This document shows positions 9,401 through 17,865 of a stretch of 38,442 bases of DNA, piece after piece (the stretch's first letter is position 1; every line of letters starts with the position of its first letter). The translations under genes and the position numbers were made by a program. The DNA comes from a virus (taxonomy: Duplodnaviria > Caudoviricetes): the IMG/VR virus record IMGVR_UViG_3300030433_001259, positions 1 to 38,442 of that record; one strand, written 5' to 3'. Under the pieces are notes generated by a model that did not search any database, had not been told where the DNA came from, and saw only the letters and a program-made list of their open reading frames with translations.

Positions 9401-12400
9401 GATTTTTTAACATTACTAGTAGGATTGTCTGTAAAAGCTTTCAATATCATTTCAATAGTCTTGTCATCTACTTCAACGCCTGCTTGTATAAATTTAAAAG
9501 TAAGATCTTCTTTGAACTTTTTCTCAAAAGCTTCTTTCTGTTCTTTTTGAAACTTCTTTACTTTATTAGAAAGCTCTATCATTTGATCACCAGCTTTTAT
9601 TTTATCTTCTAAAGCTTTCATTAGACTAGCTGATAGATCACCACGCTGCATGCTATCATTAAAGTCTTTTATAAAATCATAAACATCTTTACCAGTATTT
9701 AACGTTATGTCGACACCTATACTTCTAAATAAATGCTTTATAATAGCACCTATCTTTTGCATTAAAGACTCTTTATAAGCAAGCTCTCCACTAGCCATAG
9801 CGTCTAAGAATAAAGCCATGGCCTCTTCAGACTGAGTAGCTGCATCTTCATTCATATAGCTCTCAAGTCTTTGTCTAAATTGACTGTCTCTAATACCTTT
9901 AGGATCAATAGACATTAAATAACTTTTAAACGACTCGCCTAATGCTATTCTTAATTCAGGCGTATTAGATAACGCTTGACTTAAATACCAATGAAAAAAT
10001 TCATGAGACGCAACATTCTCTCCACGGTTTTTAAAAGAAGCACTCATGTTTATTATTATATGACTCTTCTCTCCTTTACCTAACATATCTGCTGGTATAA
10101 AATAACCATGCGTTGTTTGGAGCTCTTTAAATATATCTTCTATTTTTTGTCCTTCATCTATTGTTTTACCATCTTTATCTTTCTTTATACCGATGTTAGT
10201 AACTTCGTTACCTTCTATATCAAAAAACTTTCCGTTTTCTTCAGTTAACCCAAATAACTCTAACAAACTTTTCCTAGTTTCTTTATCTCCTTTTTCTTCT
10301 GTAATCTGTATTTTACCAGTAAGTCCCTCTTTTTCTATAATGGCTTTTACTTTTTTAACCTGTTCGTTGTAGGCTCTTTTAGTTTTTCTTTGTATTATTT
10401 TAGCTTCAATATCACCGATTAATTTTTGTTTTTCAGCTTCTAATTTTTGTTTTCTTTTTAATTCTTCTTCTGTAAGCTTTCTTCTTTTGCCATTTAGTTC
10501 TGCTAATTCATCATTAATGGCAAGTAATCTTTGTCTACCTTCATCATCTAGTCCACCATCTTTCTCATCTACAGATAGTATATCAAGTTCATTAGCTACT
10601 ATAGTCTTGCCAGTAGTTAACTTATTAGTACCATCAGCTTCAATAGTGTGTCTTAATTCTATACCACCAGTTAACTCTATTTTTCTAGATTCTAATTCTT
10701 TTTTCTCAAGAGTTTCAGCTTCAGTTAAAAACCTTTTTCCATTAAGTTCATCTAACCTATTGTTTATAGTTAATAACTCTCCCTTTTGATTTTCATTTAA
10801 CTTGCCACCATCTTCTAGTATATCTATCTCAGCCATTGATGATTCAGCTAAACGATACGTTTCAAGTAAAGTTCTATATTCATCAGCAGCTACATAATCG
10901 TTATATGTTTTTATATATATTTTATTATTAGGGTTGTTAAAAAAACCATCGCTCTCTAGTCTTTTTAGGTATCGATCCATTGCTTCTTTTGAATTATACC
11001 TTATAGCTGTTCTATTGTTTAAACTAACTTCATAGTATTTACCTTTTCTACCAGTTACTTGACTGACAACTGCACCACCACCAGTAAAAGCTAATCCCAT
11101 GCTACCAATACCTATCCACATTTCTTGCTGAGAACCCCAGTCTATACCAACTGGGTTGCCATTAATGTCATACTCAAGGAAGCCAGCTAGCAATGGAGTG
11201 CCATGCCCTTCCATTAAATTTTGCCAAGGTATATTAATATATTCTTCACCTAATTCCCCAAGAATACCGTGCCAACCACCTCTTTCAGCCATCCATTCTG
11301 TAACTTCTGCCGCAGTTTTAAAACCTTTTTCCCTCATAAAATGACCTAATGTGAGCCTTTTATATACATCACTATCAAAAACCATATCACCATATCTACC
11401 ACCAATTTTAGTAACTCCAGGTATATTAAGTATTCTTCTACCCATACCAGGTATTAAAAATCCTATAGACTCAGTCATGTACTCACCAAATGTCATACCA
11501 TACGACCTAGCAAAGGCCTCAGTAAATGCCTCGCCTTTTTTAAGACCTAACTCAATACCTTCTGGATCAGAAGCGGTAATAGCATCTATACCGTCTATTA
11601 AGCCGTCAGCATCGGTACTAAATGACCATATAACCTCATCTGTCATTCTTCCTATGGTACCGTTTATGGTATGACCTAGTCCACCAATTGAAGATCTTGC
11701 GGTAATGCTTGTTACAAATGCTGTAAAGTCGATAGCCTTATCAGCTATTTGATACCCAGTCGACAACTTCATACCATTACTTAAAACTAGTTTACCAGTT
11801 TTATCTACAGTTACATTAGCGAGCTTCGCTGTCATACTCTTTTTTATACCAGTCTTTATAGTAGTTTTTATTAAACTACCAACACCGCTAGTAGAAGCAA
11901 ACTCAATAACAAATGCAGCGGATTTTTTAGCTATTTTACCGCCGTTATACCAAGAAGATAACTCTGAAACTCTATTGTCAGACTCTTGCTTCATTGCGTA
12001 CGCTATTAATATTTGTTCTTCTAGCTCCGTTCTTTCGCTAGGATCTTTGTCAACTAATCTTTTTAATTTTTCTTTTCTTTTAGCTTCTGGCACCCAACCA
12101 AAAAATGGCACCCACTCATAATTTGGTCCACTAGTAAAGCCGTTCCAAAATCTTTCTAATCTTGTATCACCTAAATCAGAAAGAGACATAGGAGCTTCAA
12201 TAATTTTACTTGCCATATTTCTAGCAAGCTGCATATCCGCTATAAAAGAGTCGTTATTACCAGTGCCTCTAAGCCATCTTTGACCTAATAAATATGTAGC
12301 TATTTCTAAATTTTTACTTGGATCAAAACCACCTTCTATTTCATGCCACTTACCATAACTTTGACCATTTGCGTTTGCATATGTTTCGTAATACCTACCA

Positions 12401-15105
12401 CCGTCTTTAATAGTTTGCTCGGCCCATGATATAGATTGTTCAGTTACGCCATATTTTTCAGCCGCATATTCATATTGTTTAACAGGATCGTTTGGATATT
12501 TGTTTCTTTCTTTTTTCCAAAAATCAGAGTTAGAGTACAAGTAATACATAATATTACTTTCATATATAACAGCAGGTTGTCTAGTAGATCCATCTGCATA
12601 AAACACACTGCCATCATTGTGTTTATTACCAACGTCTTTAGGATAATAAGCGGTAAGGCCTTTCATTTGCGTGTTCCCAAACCTGTCTGTATAAACTCTA
12701 TTGTAACCAAAGTCAATTCTGTTTTGTAAATCTGTCATTGATAGCTTCTGCCAAAAGTCAGAGTTTTCTAGATTTTTATTATAAGCCTCAGATTGAATTT
12801 TCATTCTATCAAAAAAATAATCATAGTATTCTTTTACAAATCTTGCTCTGACATTTGCGTCTAAAAATTTTTCAGGGTTTTCTCGCTCAGCTTGTTTTAA
12901 CGCGCCTTTTAAGTAATGCTGTAGCATTAAAAATCTATCTTGCATCTGAACATTGTCTTGTCTTGAGAATCCAGCGGCATCTAATTGTTCTGCTATTTCT
13001 TTTAATTTTTCTACTGGAAATACGCTATACCCAAAAGATCTACTTGTCCAGTTATTTTCTTTAATATATTCGTCCCATAACTTCTGATTATTTTCAAACT
13101 CTAACTCTTGAAACTTAGCTTGTCTTTCAATAATATAAGGATGCTCTTGAAGAGCTTTGTTTAAAGCGTTGTTGTAATCAAGATAAAATTCATAATGTAC
13201 TCCGTCCCAAGCCTCTTGTAGTTCTTTATTATATTGTTTTAAAAATTCTTCTGCTGCCTCTTTAGTTACGTTACCGTTTATGTCTTTTGGCAGTTTTAAA
13301 GAAAGGCCCATATGTAAAGCGTGTATTTCTTCTGCTTGTATTTTAAAATTAGAATAAAGATCTGGTGTTGTTAAATTTACGCCATCTAATAAATAAATAT
13401 CTGAGTAAACAGATGACAGGCCTTCTTCTACAAGTGGTGTAACCTCAGTTTGAATTTCGTTTATTCTTTCTATATAATCTGGATCATTAAAGTATTCTTC
13501 TGCAAATTTATTTCTTTGCTCTTCACTTTTTAACTTAAAGTTTTCTATAGCCTCATTATTTAACTTAGCATCAAACTCAAGATACTCATTTGTGTTAGGC
13601 ATGTAAGTTTCTGAATCGTAATCTTCTTTTGTGTAATCTCTATTAAAAAGTCTTATGCCAGAATCATCAAACTCTTGCTCATCTATCTTTGATTGTTTGT
13701 AGTTTATTTGTGCTGGATTTAAATCTAGTCTATCATCACTAAGTAGAAAAGATCTATTTGCTTTATCTTGTTGTCTAAAAATATAATTAATCTCATCCCA
13801 ATCAGAGTTTACTGCATAAGCTTTACCAGGACCTTGTGGTAAATGCTTAGGAAAAACACCTCCTTCGGTAGCACGAAAACTACCATCAAAAAAGTTTACA
13901 TTGCCATATTCGCTTTTATAATAATAGGCATCGCTAGTAAACCACTTGTCGTTTGGGTGATGTTTACTTTTGTCTCTATTTTTCCAGTATTCATTAAAGC
14001 TTCTCCAATCGTGACTTCTAACTATGTGATAAGTATTGGTAGCACCGTTATAAAAAACAACAGCATCTGTTTTTATTTTAAAATCGTCAGTTAAAGACAA
14101 GTCCTTAGTATGTATTTCTTTTTGGTATTTGTCAATAATTTGATCGTATTCTAATCCAACAGCCTCTATTTTACTTTGCTCAAGTTGTTGTAAGTAACCT
14201 TTGTTTATTTCGTTTCTTTCTGTAATAAAGTTTACTCTTCTTTCGTATTCAGTAATTTCAAGTTCAGTGACAATACCATCTTTATTTAAATCATATATTG
14301 GCATACGTTTATTAGTATCTTCAAAATTATAATCTACTTTATTGCCTTTTATTATATTTTTATTATTTATATTTCTTCTTAAATTAAACTCTTCAAGTTC
14401 TTTTTGTGTTCTAAAATTAAACTCATCTAGGTTTACATTGTCCCAACCAAAGGCTTCTACCATAGCATCCTTTTTGCCAACAAGATTATATAAATCATTA
14501 AGCTCTTCAGTGTTACCTTCGAACAAACTTTCTACATCTTGAGGATTTTTTAGTTGATTTTCTGGATTTTTATATTGATCAAATAAATAAGCGTCTTTTT
14601 TAAGTATTTCTTTTTCTACGTCTGGATAATTTTGATATGAGTTTTCTATTATTAATTTAGCGTTATTACTTTTTATAGTCTCAAGATCTAAAGTATCAGT
14701 AAGAGCGCTATAACCTGCAATTCCAAATTTACTATCTACTGTACTCGACAGTAATTCCGAAGAAGATTTTACCAAATCTAATTCCGTATTCCCTTCTATT
14801 TGTTGCTGATTTTCTTGAGACAGATCCGTCTCTTGAGTTTGGGGTTGTTCCACCCCTATGTCCTTTCCCGGCTCTTGAGTTTTTAATGAGCCAACCCACT
14901 CTTCTATTTTAACTAAATCATCTTCAGTTAATTCGTTTCTTTTAGGAGTGAACGGAGTAGACATGTAAGATTTTGTAGTTGGATCATCTGTTACTAGTAC
15001 AGGGTTATATTGTCCATACTTTTCAAAGAAAGCGTCCTCCTTGCCAGGAGCAACGTTTCTATATTTTACTACACCGTCCATGGTGAATTTATATCTTTTA
15101 TTCAT
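3490..15105 (-). CDS. Giant (3871 aa) putative internal virion/ejection polyvalent protein
   Basis: Last of three genes after the tail genes, the ejectosome position in podoviruses. Motifs: EF-hand loop DLNKDGIVTELE, HEFFH, sigma70-r2-like EDLQQE...RWNPSTGVPFGAY, HAD FDFDDTL/LTAR/FVDD, P-loop GGAGSGKG, C-terminal C-x-G-x4-G-x-R-C fingers. Confidence 0.75.
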   Translation of the reverse strand: MNKRYKFTMDGVVKYRNVAPGKEDAFFEKYGQYNPVLVTDDPTTKSYMSTPFTPKRNELTEDDLVKIEEWVGSLKTQEPGKDIGVEQPQTQETDLSQENQQQIEGNTELDLVKSSSELLSSTVDSKFGIAGYSALTDTLDLETIKSNNAKLIIENSYQNYPDVEKEILKKDAYLFDQYKNPENQLKNPQDVESLFEGNTEELNDLYNLVGKKDAMVEAFGWDNVNLDEFNFRTQKELEEFNLRRNINNKNIIKGNKVDYNFEDTNKRMPIYDLNKDGIVTELEITEYERRVNFITERNEINKGYLQQLEQSKIEAVGLEYDQIIDKYQKEIHTKDLSLTDDFKIKTDAVVFYNGATNTYHIVRSHDWRSFNEYWKNRDKSKHHPNDKWFTSDAYYYKSEYGNVNFFDGSFRATEGGVFPKHLPQGPGKAYAVNSDWDEINYIFRQQDKANRSFLLSDDRLDLNPAQINYKQSKIDEQEFDDSGIRLFNRDYTKEDYDSETYMPNTNEYLEFDAKLNNEAIENFKLKSEEQRNKFAEEYFNDPDYIERINEIQTEVTPLVEEGLSSVYSDIYLLDGVNLTTPDLYSNFKIQAEEIHALHMGLSLKLPKDINGNVTKEAAEEFLKQYNKELQEAWDGVHYEFYLDYNNALNKALQEHPYIIERQAKFQELEFENNQKLWDEYIKENNWTSRSFGYSVFPVEKLKEIAEQLDAAGFSRQDNVQMQDRFLMLQHYLKGALKQAERENPEKFLDANVRARFVKEYYDYFFDRMKIQSEAYNKNLENSDFWQKLSMTDLQNRIDFGYNRVYTDRFGNTQMKGLTAYYPKDVGNKHNDGSVFYADGSTRQPAVIYESNIMYYLYSNSDFWKKERNKYPNDPVKQYEYAAEKYGVTEQSISWAEQTIKDGGRYYETYANANGQSYGKWHEIEGGFDPSKNLEIATYLLGQRWLRGTGNNDSFIADMQLARNMASKIIEAPMSLSDLGDTRLERFWNGFTSGPNYEWVPFFGWVPEAKRKEKLKRLVDKDPSERTELEEQILIAYAMKQESDNRVSELSSWYNGGKIAKKSAAFVIEFASTSGVGSLIKTTIKTGIKKSMTAKLANVTVDKTGKLVLSNGMKLSTGYQIADKAIDFTAFVTSITARSSIGGLGHTINGTIGRMTDEVIWSFSTDADGLIDGIDAITASDPEGIELGLKKGEAFTEAFARSYGMTFGEYMTESIGFLIPGMGRRILNIPGVTKIGGRYGDMVFDSDVYKRLTLGHFMREKGFKTAAEVTEWMAERGGWHGILGELGEEYINIPWQNLMEGHGTPLLAGFLEYDINGNPVGIDWGSQQEMWIGIGSMGLAFTGGGAVVSQVTGRKGKYYEVSLNNRTAIRYNSKEAMDRYLKRLESDGFFNNPNNKIYIKTYNDYVAADEYRTLLETYRLAESSMAEIDILEDGGKLNENQKGELLTINNRLDELNGKRFLTEAETLEKKELESRKIELTGGIELRHTIEADGTNKLTTGKTIVANELDILSVDEKDGGLDDEGRQRLLAINDELAELNGKRRKLTEEELKRKQKLEAEKQKLIGDIEAKIIQRKTKRAYNEQVKKVKAIIEKEGLTGKIQITEEKGDKETRKSLLELFGLTEENGKFFDIEGNEVTNIGIKKDKDGKTIDEGQKIEDIFKELQTTHGYFIPADMLGKGEKSHIIINMSASFKNRGENVASHEFFHWYLSQALSNTPELRIALGESFKSYLMSIDPKGIRDSQFRQRLESYMNEDAATQSEEAMALFLDAMASGELAYKESLMQKIGAIIKHLFRSIGVDITLNTGKDVYDFIKDFNDSMQRGDLSASLMKALEDKIKAGDQMIELSNKVKKFQKEQKEAFEKKFKEDLTFKFIQAGVEVDDKTIEMILKAFTDNPTSNVKKSKTGGWSTGTEMDPAEINEQVYQEILDNAKKNNIPNDKLKDAVTRRMREKLFVANMAAANKYAAQAYAKGKAALKGTDFVAAALEDLQQEFYVELHLLTERWNPSTGVPFGAYVQMPKGLPIKYGQVLNRALQKTGLVTQSQAALEEAGYQFTDNSTGSTNSVLQEEQDNKILVRDQILNLPDNVIANIESAIKKANIKLKKKDGSAISYKEIKQEVIKGKLNGVLADVGNAFGIPTQKLVKKSDLNNEQRTNARNKIVELAKNNNLIDLLPEAQDQNATSTEIVRTKFGQFYEKIADRASTAGKQTVGGQKIFAKRTGGQKALYAKMDQVPNQDILDIFGINQDGSFQSGTRYDGAIREFAIQLATAAANQELRLDAARKGVDKKTIEDVASGKSRILFAKGSKAEQVGGEFINTNETIKEINPEFQDDATRKFMNMLLKTLGYKPMYDFSTKENIDEFFDFVAPLWISVLPPNVMSYQYFYHSKRVLSKGGDIVIEVEGKQIKTKDYYKQRLGEFYIKRGNQWFVRNEAERKAIGLPPLKIGKPFTGPGAKFKHQTFGGALGNTAAQMRKSDKDGTVKRFNEINLSAHQQFWSRINESIKNSDQPVYDENNVDEIKYTAEQNKENTIRGWGNFLRMVGMDVTHIHRMGEVIGYSPNPKGGRMKPSKKNPEGKFKLYEWEHAMQATLAYLYIFESIIEPGYDFDTAYDLAMQNYKIIALDYFYNQFLERAGRAKSMGKNWNIFMSFLDRYFDTEVVRLNQGFSKEDGISTSSIIRFGTGEQTFKQYYDINNDGSSAAVERSSADINTTNNLTQAISNRIMQSKTGKTRGMSTFDFDDTLGFTKSGVRVTMPNPDGTPKPKRKVIFLAGGAGSGKGNVINKLGLEGMGFKIVNSDISLEWLKKNSGLPADMRDLTKEQRSTLGKLGAQARKIARGKMMKYQGEGNGVIVDGTGGSAKQMQKLVDEFQSKGYDVSMLFVNTSLDVALERNRARKERSLLDIIVKRNHEAVQNNKPTFKEMFGKRFMEVNTDKLTQESPMPKTLVNKMNDFVSGYEKRRIDATEFAEQGAEILEQGGKFDFSEFNDVVDGTPGPLLDKAKERAAKFGTKDMFVLTARPQASDKAIHEFLKSQGLNIPLKNITGLANSTGEAKAKWMLEKFAEGYNDLYFVDDALANVEAVREVLDQLDVKSKVVQARVKFSKNASIDFNKMLERKKGIPFDEVISGPEAKKRGKGKGRWDYYIPPSAEDFKGLLYYFIGKGKQGEEDLKFLAEYLLKPFARGIRNWNAYKQSMVNDFKNLKKRFPKIKLNKKIKGTEFTNDTAIRVYLWDKSGFDIEGLSVQKQKQLVDYVNSNPDIKKFADALSILSKRKEGYLQPSENWMMETIPTDLRNIVDKIGRKEFLQEWIENKNIILSKQNINKIEAVYGSWFREALEDILFRMENGGNRKSGGNRTVNFFTEWINDSIGAIMFFNMRSALLQTISTVNFINWGDNNLFKAAGAFANQPQFWADFVMLFNSDQLKQRRGGLQTDVSASELTKSFAENGYSPRTLLRALLQFGFTPTQIADSFAIAFGGASFYRNRYNTYIKKGMTPEQANEQAMLDFQEIAEETQQSSREDLISQQQATLLGRFVLAFQNVTMQYGRLTKKALSDLVNNRGDIKTNVSKILYYGLVQNIVFSALQSALAFIMWGDDEEEIKNKTDRVANNVLDSFLRGTGLYGALVSTLKNTVIQWNIQQEAEYGQTKVEKVALATLDLSPPIGSKVRKIVNAFYSEYYDKGVSDELGLRIESPQVRKWAYIIEGATNIPLARLVNKANNLEEAVTGSHETWKRVMMAMGWSMWELGVEDEELEAAKETAETKREEKKKIEKEKEKEQKKKEKELEKKKEEQRLKDEGYKSIRCSGIKSNGKRCSIMSQPTKDKKFLCYHHMAFTDGMDRDGDGIKEYRCTGIKKNGKRCKNKTENENKRCYAHQ

Positions 15106-15145
15106 ACTGTATCGTTAGTTACCCGTTATTAATATTTGTTTGCTA

Positions 15146-16669
15146 TTAAGCAAACTCGTTCTCGTCATCTTTTATTTGACGTTTTGTTTTGTTTGTATTT
15201 CCTACTTTAACATTATAGTTATTTTCTGCGTATTGAGTATAATATTCTGCTAAAGTTTCTTTTAATAGCTCTTGGTTTTTCATTATTCTATCAACTATTA
15301 TAACAGCATCTCTACCTGTTATAGGTGTTTTAGGTGTTGGATCGTTAGACTTTGCCTGGTTTTGCGTTATACCTAAGTCTTCATAACTACCTTTTGATAA
15401 TGCCTCAGTTAAATCTTGTTTCCAAGACGTAGCTCCCCAGTGCTTATGTGTGGCAAGTGAACTTAAGTTAGCGTTTTCAGAGTTTAAAACATTATTCATA
15501 AAGTTCATTTTAACAGCGGCTCTATTAAAAGTTTTTCTTTCGTCACCAGCGATAAATGCATCAGCATTAGCAACTTCTTTTTCTATTATAGTTTTTATTT
15601 TATTTTGACTATCTCTATCTATCTTATGCTTATCTACTAGCTTTTTAATATCTTTCATGGTCATGTATTTACCATCTCCAGTTACTTTACTAGATTTTTT
15701 CTTTGTATCTTCACTGCCAACGCTAGATTTTTCTTGTTGCTTCTTAGTAAATGGTGATATCATTTTGTTAGGAGATATACCGGTTTTAGTCATCTCCTCA
15801 TCTGTCATAAACTCTTCACTACCGCCTTCTCCTCCAGCAATTAATAGACCTCTATAAGGATCATCTTTCATTCCACTTACTGTTTGTAGCTCACTTTTTT
15901 TTGATATATTTTCTTTTTTTTGAGCACTTTCTTGCCAATCTTTTTTAGAGTCAGCAACAAATTGTTTATAACCCTCATTAGTATTAGGATAACTTACGCC
16001 AAATATAGTTGTTCTAGTTTTACCATCAGCAGATATAGTGAATCTAGCATTACCCTCCGCGTTAGGAGTCGTGTCATTCCAAGCTTCGCTATATGTAGCT
16101 GTTCTCATTTTACCATTTTTATCTGTATACTTAGGAGTGCCATCGTCGTTATATAAAAACACATTAGCGTCAAATGTATCAGGATTTTGAACAGTAAAAT
16201 CTACTCTATATATTATATCTCCATTTTCATCTGTTTCTTTGTTATCGTTGTTTAAACAATTTTCTATACAATTTTGTACGTTCTCTGGTAAATCTTCACA
16301 ATCGTCTAAGCATGTTTCAAGCATTTCGTTCTTGTCTTCATTGTCTTGTATTATCTTTTTACCATCTTCTTCTAAATCTTTTTCAGCTTGTGCTCTACCT
16401 CTTTTATTTAAATACACATAACCAGCTCTTTTCTTTTGAAGTCTTTTAACTAGCTCTTGATAATCTTTATCACTTAAGTCTTTGCCTTGGGCTTCTAACT
16501 CAGCTTCCATTAACTCGTTAAACTTTTTATTTCTTTTTTGTACTAAATCACCTATACCCTCAGCTAAATAAGCACCAACTTTAGTTGCAGCCTCTGATGC
16601 TGCTAACTTACCAGTGTTTTTTGCTTGAGCTACGTCTCTTGCTCCCTGTATTAATTGTGAATCTGCCAT
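15146..16669 (-). CDS. Putative internal virion (ejection) protein
   Basis: 507 aa, Ala/Gly-rich N-terminus followed by helical, charged sequence; sits between the small and the giant ejection-like genes. Confidence 0.55.
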   Translation of the reverse strand: MADSQLIQGARDVAQAKNTGKLAASEAATKVGAYLAEGIGDLVQKRNKKFNELMEAELEAQGKDLSDKDYQELVKRLQKKRAGYVYLNKRGRAQAEKDLEEDGKKIIQDNEDKNEMLETCLDDCEDLPENVQNCIENCLNNDNKETDENGDIIYRVDFTVQNPDTFDANVFLYNDDGTPKYTDKNGKMRTATYSEAWNDTTPNAEGNARFTISADGKTRTTIFGVSYPNTNEGYKQFVADSKKDWQESAQKKENISKKSELQTVSGMKDDPYRGLLIAGGEGGSEEFMTDEEMTKTGISPNKMISPFTKKQQEKSSVGSEDTKKKSSKVTGDGKYMTMKDIKKLVDKHKIDRDSQNKIKTIIEKEVANADAFIAGDERKTFNRAAVKMNFMNNVLNSENANLSSLATHKHWGATSWKQDLTEALSKGSYEDLGITQNQAKSNDPTPKTPITGRDAVIIVDRIMKNQELLKETLAEYYTQYAENNYNVKVGNTNKTKRQIKDDENEFA

Positions 16670-16680
16670 ACTATATTATT

Positions 16681-17427
16681 TTATTTATTTCCTGAGTTTC
16701 CTGAGTTTAGTAATTTTTTTAAGTCTTCCATGCTTAAGCCAGAGTCAGAACTAGAATCTGTACTTGATTTAGCTCCTGATTCTCCAAATATACCACCAGG
16801 CTGAACCGAGTCTCCTAGAAAACCAGCTGTCATTTGTGCTATACCAGTTATACCACTTGTTATTGCCCCAAACTTAGCTTGCTGTGCAGCGCCTTCTTGT
16901 TGAGCTGCAGCAGCGGTTCTTTGTTGAGCCATACCTAATAGTGTTGCTGTTTTTTCTCTTTCTAAATCTCTAGAATATATTTCACCTTGCCTTTCCATTG
17001 TTTGTATTCTACTAGCTTCTTGTTGCCTAGCCATTTGATTAGCTCTCTCTTGTTGACCTATGCTAGCCGCTTGTTTTTGAGAGGCTATTTGTCCTTGTTG
17101 AGCTAACGACTGAGCTAAATTAGCTATACCACTACCTCCAGCAGCTCCAGCTAAATTAGACATTATATTAGCCTGAGTTTGTTGAAATGATTGTCTTTCA
17201 AACTCAGCTTGCCTCTGATCAATGGTTAGATCTTCCATTGTATTTTCTAAATTAAGATATGGATTACTAGTATCAAGATTAGCATAGATATCTTCTAGCT
17301 CCTTCATTTTAGCTTCTTCTTTTTTTCTTTGCCTAGCAGCTCTTTTTCGCTCTTTGTTTGCTGATATAGCGCCGAATATACTTGAGCCGATTGAAGAGGC
17401 TGCTCCTATTAAAGTAAGTGGGTCCAT
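16681..17427 (-). CDS. Putative small ejection/DNA-transfer protein (role analogous to T7 gp14 or P22 gp7)
   Basis: N-terminal hydrophobic Gly/Ala/Ser helix MDPLTLIGAASSIGSSIFGAISA, a basic stretch, Gln/Ala coiled coil and a C-terminal Gly-rich amphipathic helix. Confidence 0.65.
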   Translation of the reverse strand: MDPLTLIGAASSIGSSIFGAISANKERKRAARQRKKEEAKMKELEDIYANLDTSNPYLNLENTMEDLTIDQRQAEFERQSFQQTQANIMSNLAGAAGGSGIANLAQSLAQQGQIASQKQAASIGQQERANQMARQQEASRIQTMERQGEIYSRDLEREKTATLLGMAQQRTAAAAQQEGAAQQAKFGAITSGITGIAQMTAGFLGDSVQPGGIFGESGAKSSTDSSSDSGLSMEDLKKLLNSGNSGNK

Positions 17428-17444
17428 ATTATTCTTTTAAATTA

Positions 17445-17464
17445 TTACTATATTATAGTTACAT
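17445..17464 (-). promoter_or_regulatory. Repeated intergenic motif ATGTAACTATAATATAGTAA, candidate phage promoter
   Basis: Exact 20-bp match to 27488-27507; ends 17 nt upstream of the first ejection-module gene. Confidence 0.7.
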
Positions 17465-17474
17465 TTTTTGATTA

Positions 17475-17864
17475 CTATTTACTACTTTCAGACACTTCAC
17501 ATGCCGCTGAATACATCTCTGCTTTTTCATCAGAACTGTTTTTAAATCTAACTAAACCGTAATACCCAACTAAAGAAGAACAATTAACAGCGTTGTCTTT
17601 AGAAAAGAATATAAAGTTAGAAGAAGTAGGTGGCGTTACACTGTCAGCCATATCAAAAGTAATACTTGTTGTTAGCGTGCCATCTGTTAAAGAAGTCGAG
17701 TGATCTATTGATTTAACTTTACCTATTTCAACAAATTGCTCTTGTGTGTTATTCACTTGGAATCCAGCCACTGCTTCTGATTCTAGCACAGCGTAATAGC
17801 CAACGTCCCCAACTTGAAGTGAAGGATATGTATTTCTAGGAAATTGTAATGTTGTATTTGCCAT
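17475..17864 (-). CDS. Tail structural protein, resembles the C-terminal part of a stabilisation/nozzle protein
   Basis: Ends FFSKDNAVNCSSLVGYYGLVRFKNSSDEKAEMYSAACEVSESSK, which I recall as a nozzle-type C-terminus (unverified). Confidence 0.55.
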   Translation of the reverse strand: MANTTLQFPRNTYPSLQVGDVGYYAVLESEAVAGFQVNNTQEQFVEIGKVKSIDHSTSLTDGTLTTSITFDMADSVTPPTSSNFIFFSKDNAVNCSSLVGYYGLVRFKNSSDEKAEMYSAACEVSESSK

Positions 17865-17865
17865 A

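Noticed and set aside
12444-12632. Nested - strand ORF (also 34667..34864)
   Set aside because: Out-of-frame ORFs inside the giant gene and terL with no supporting signals.
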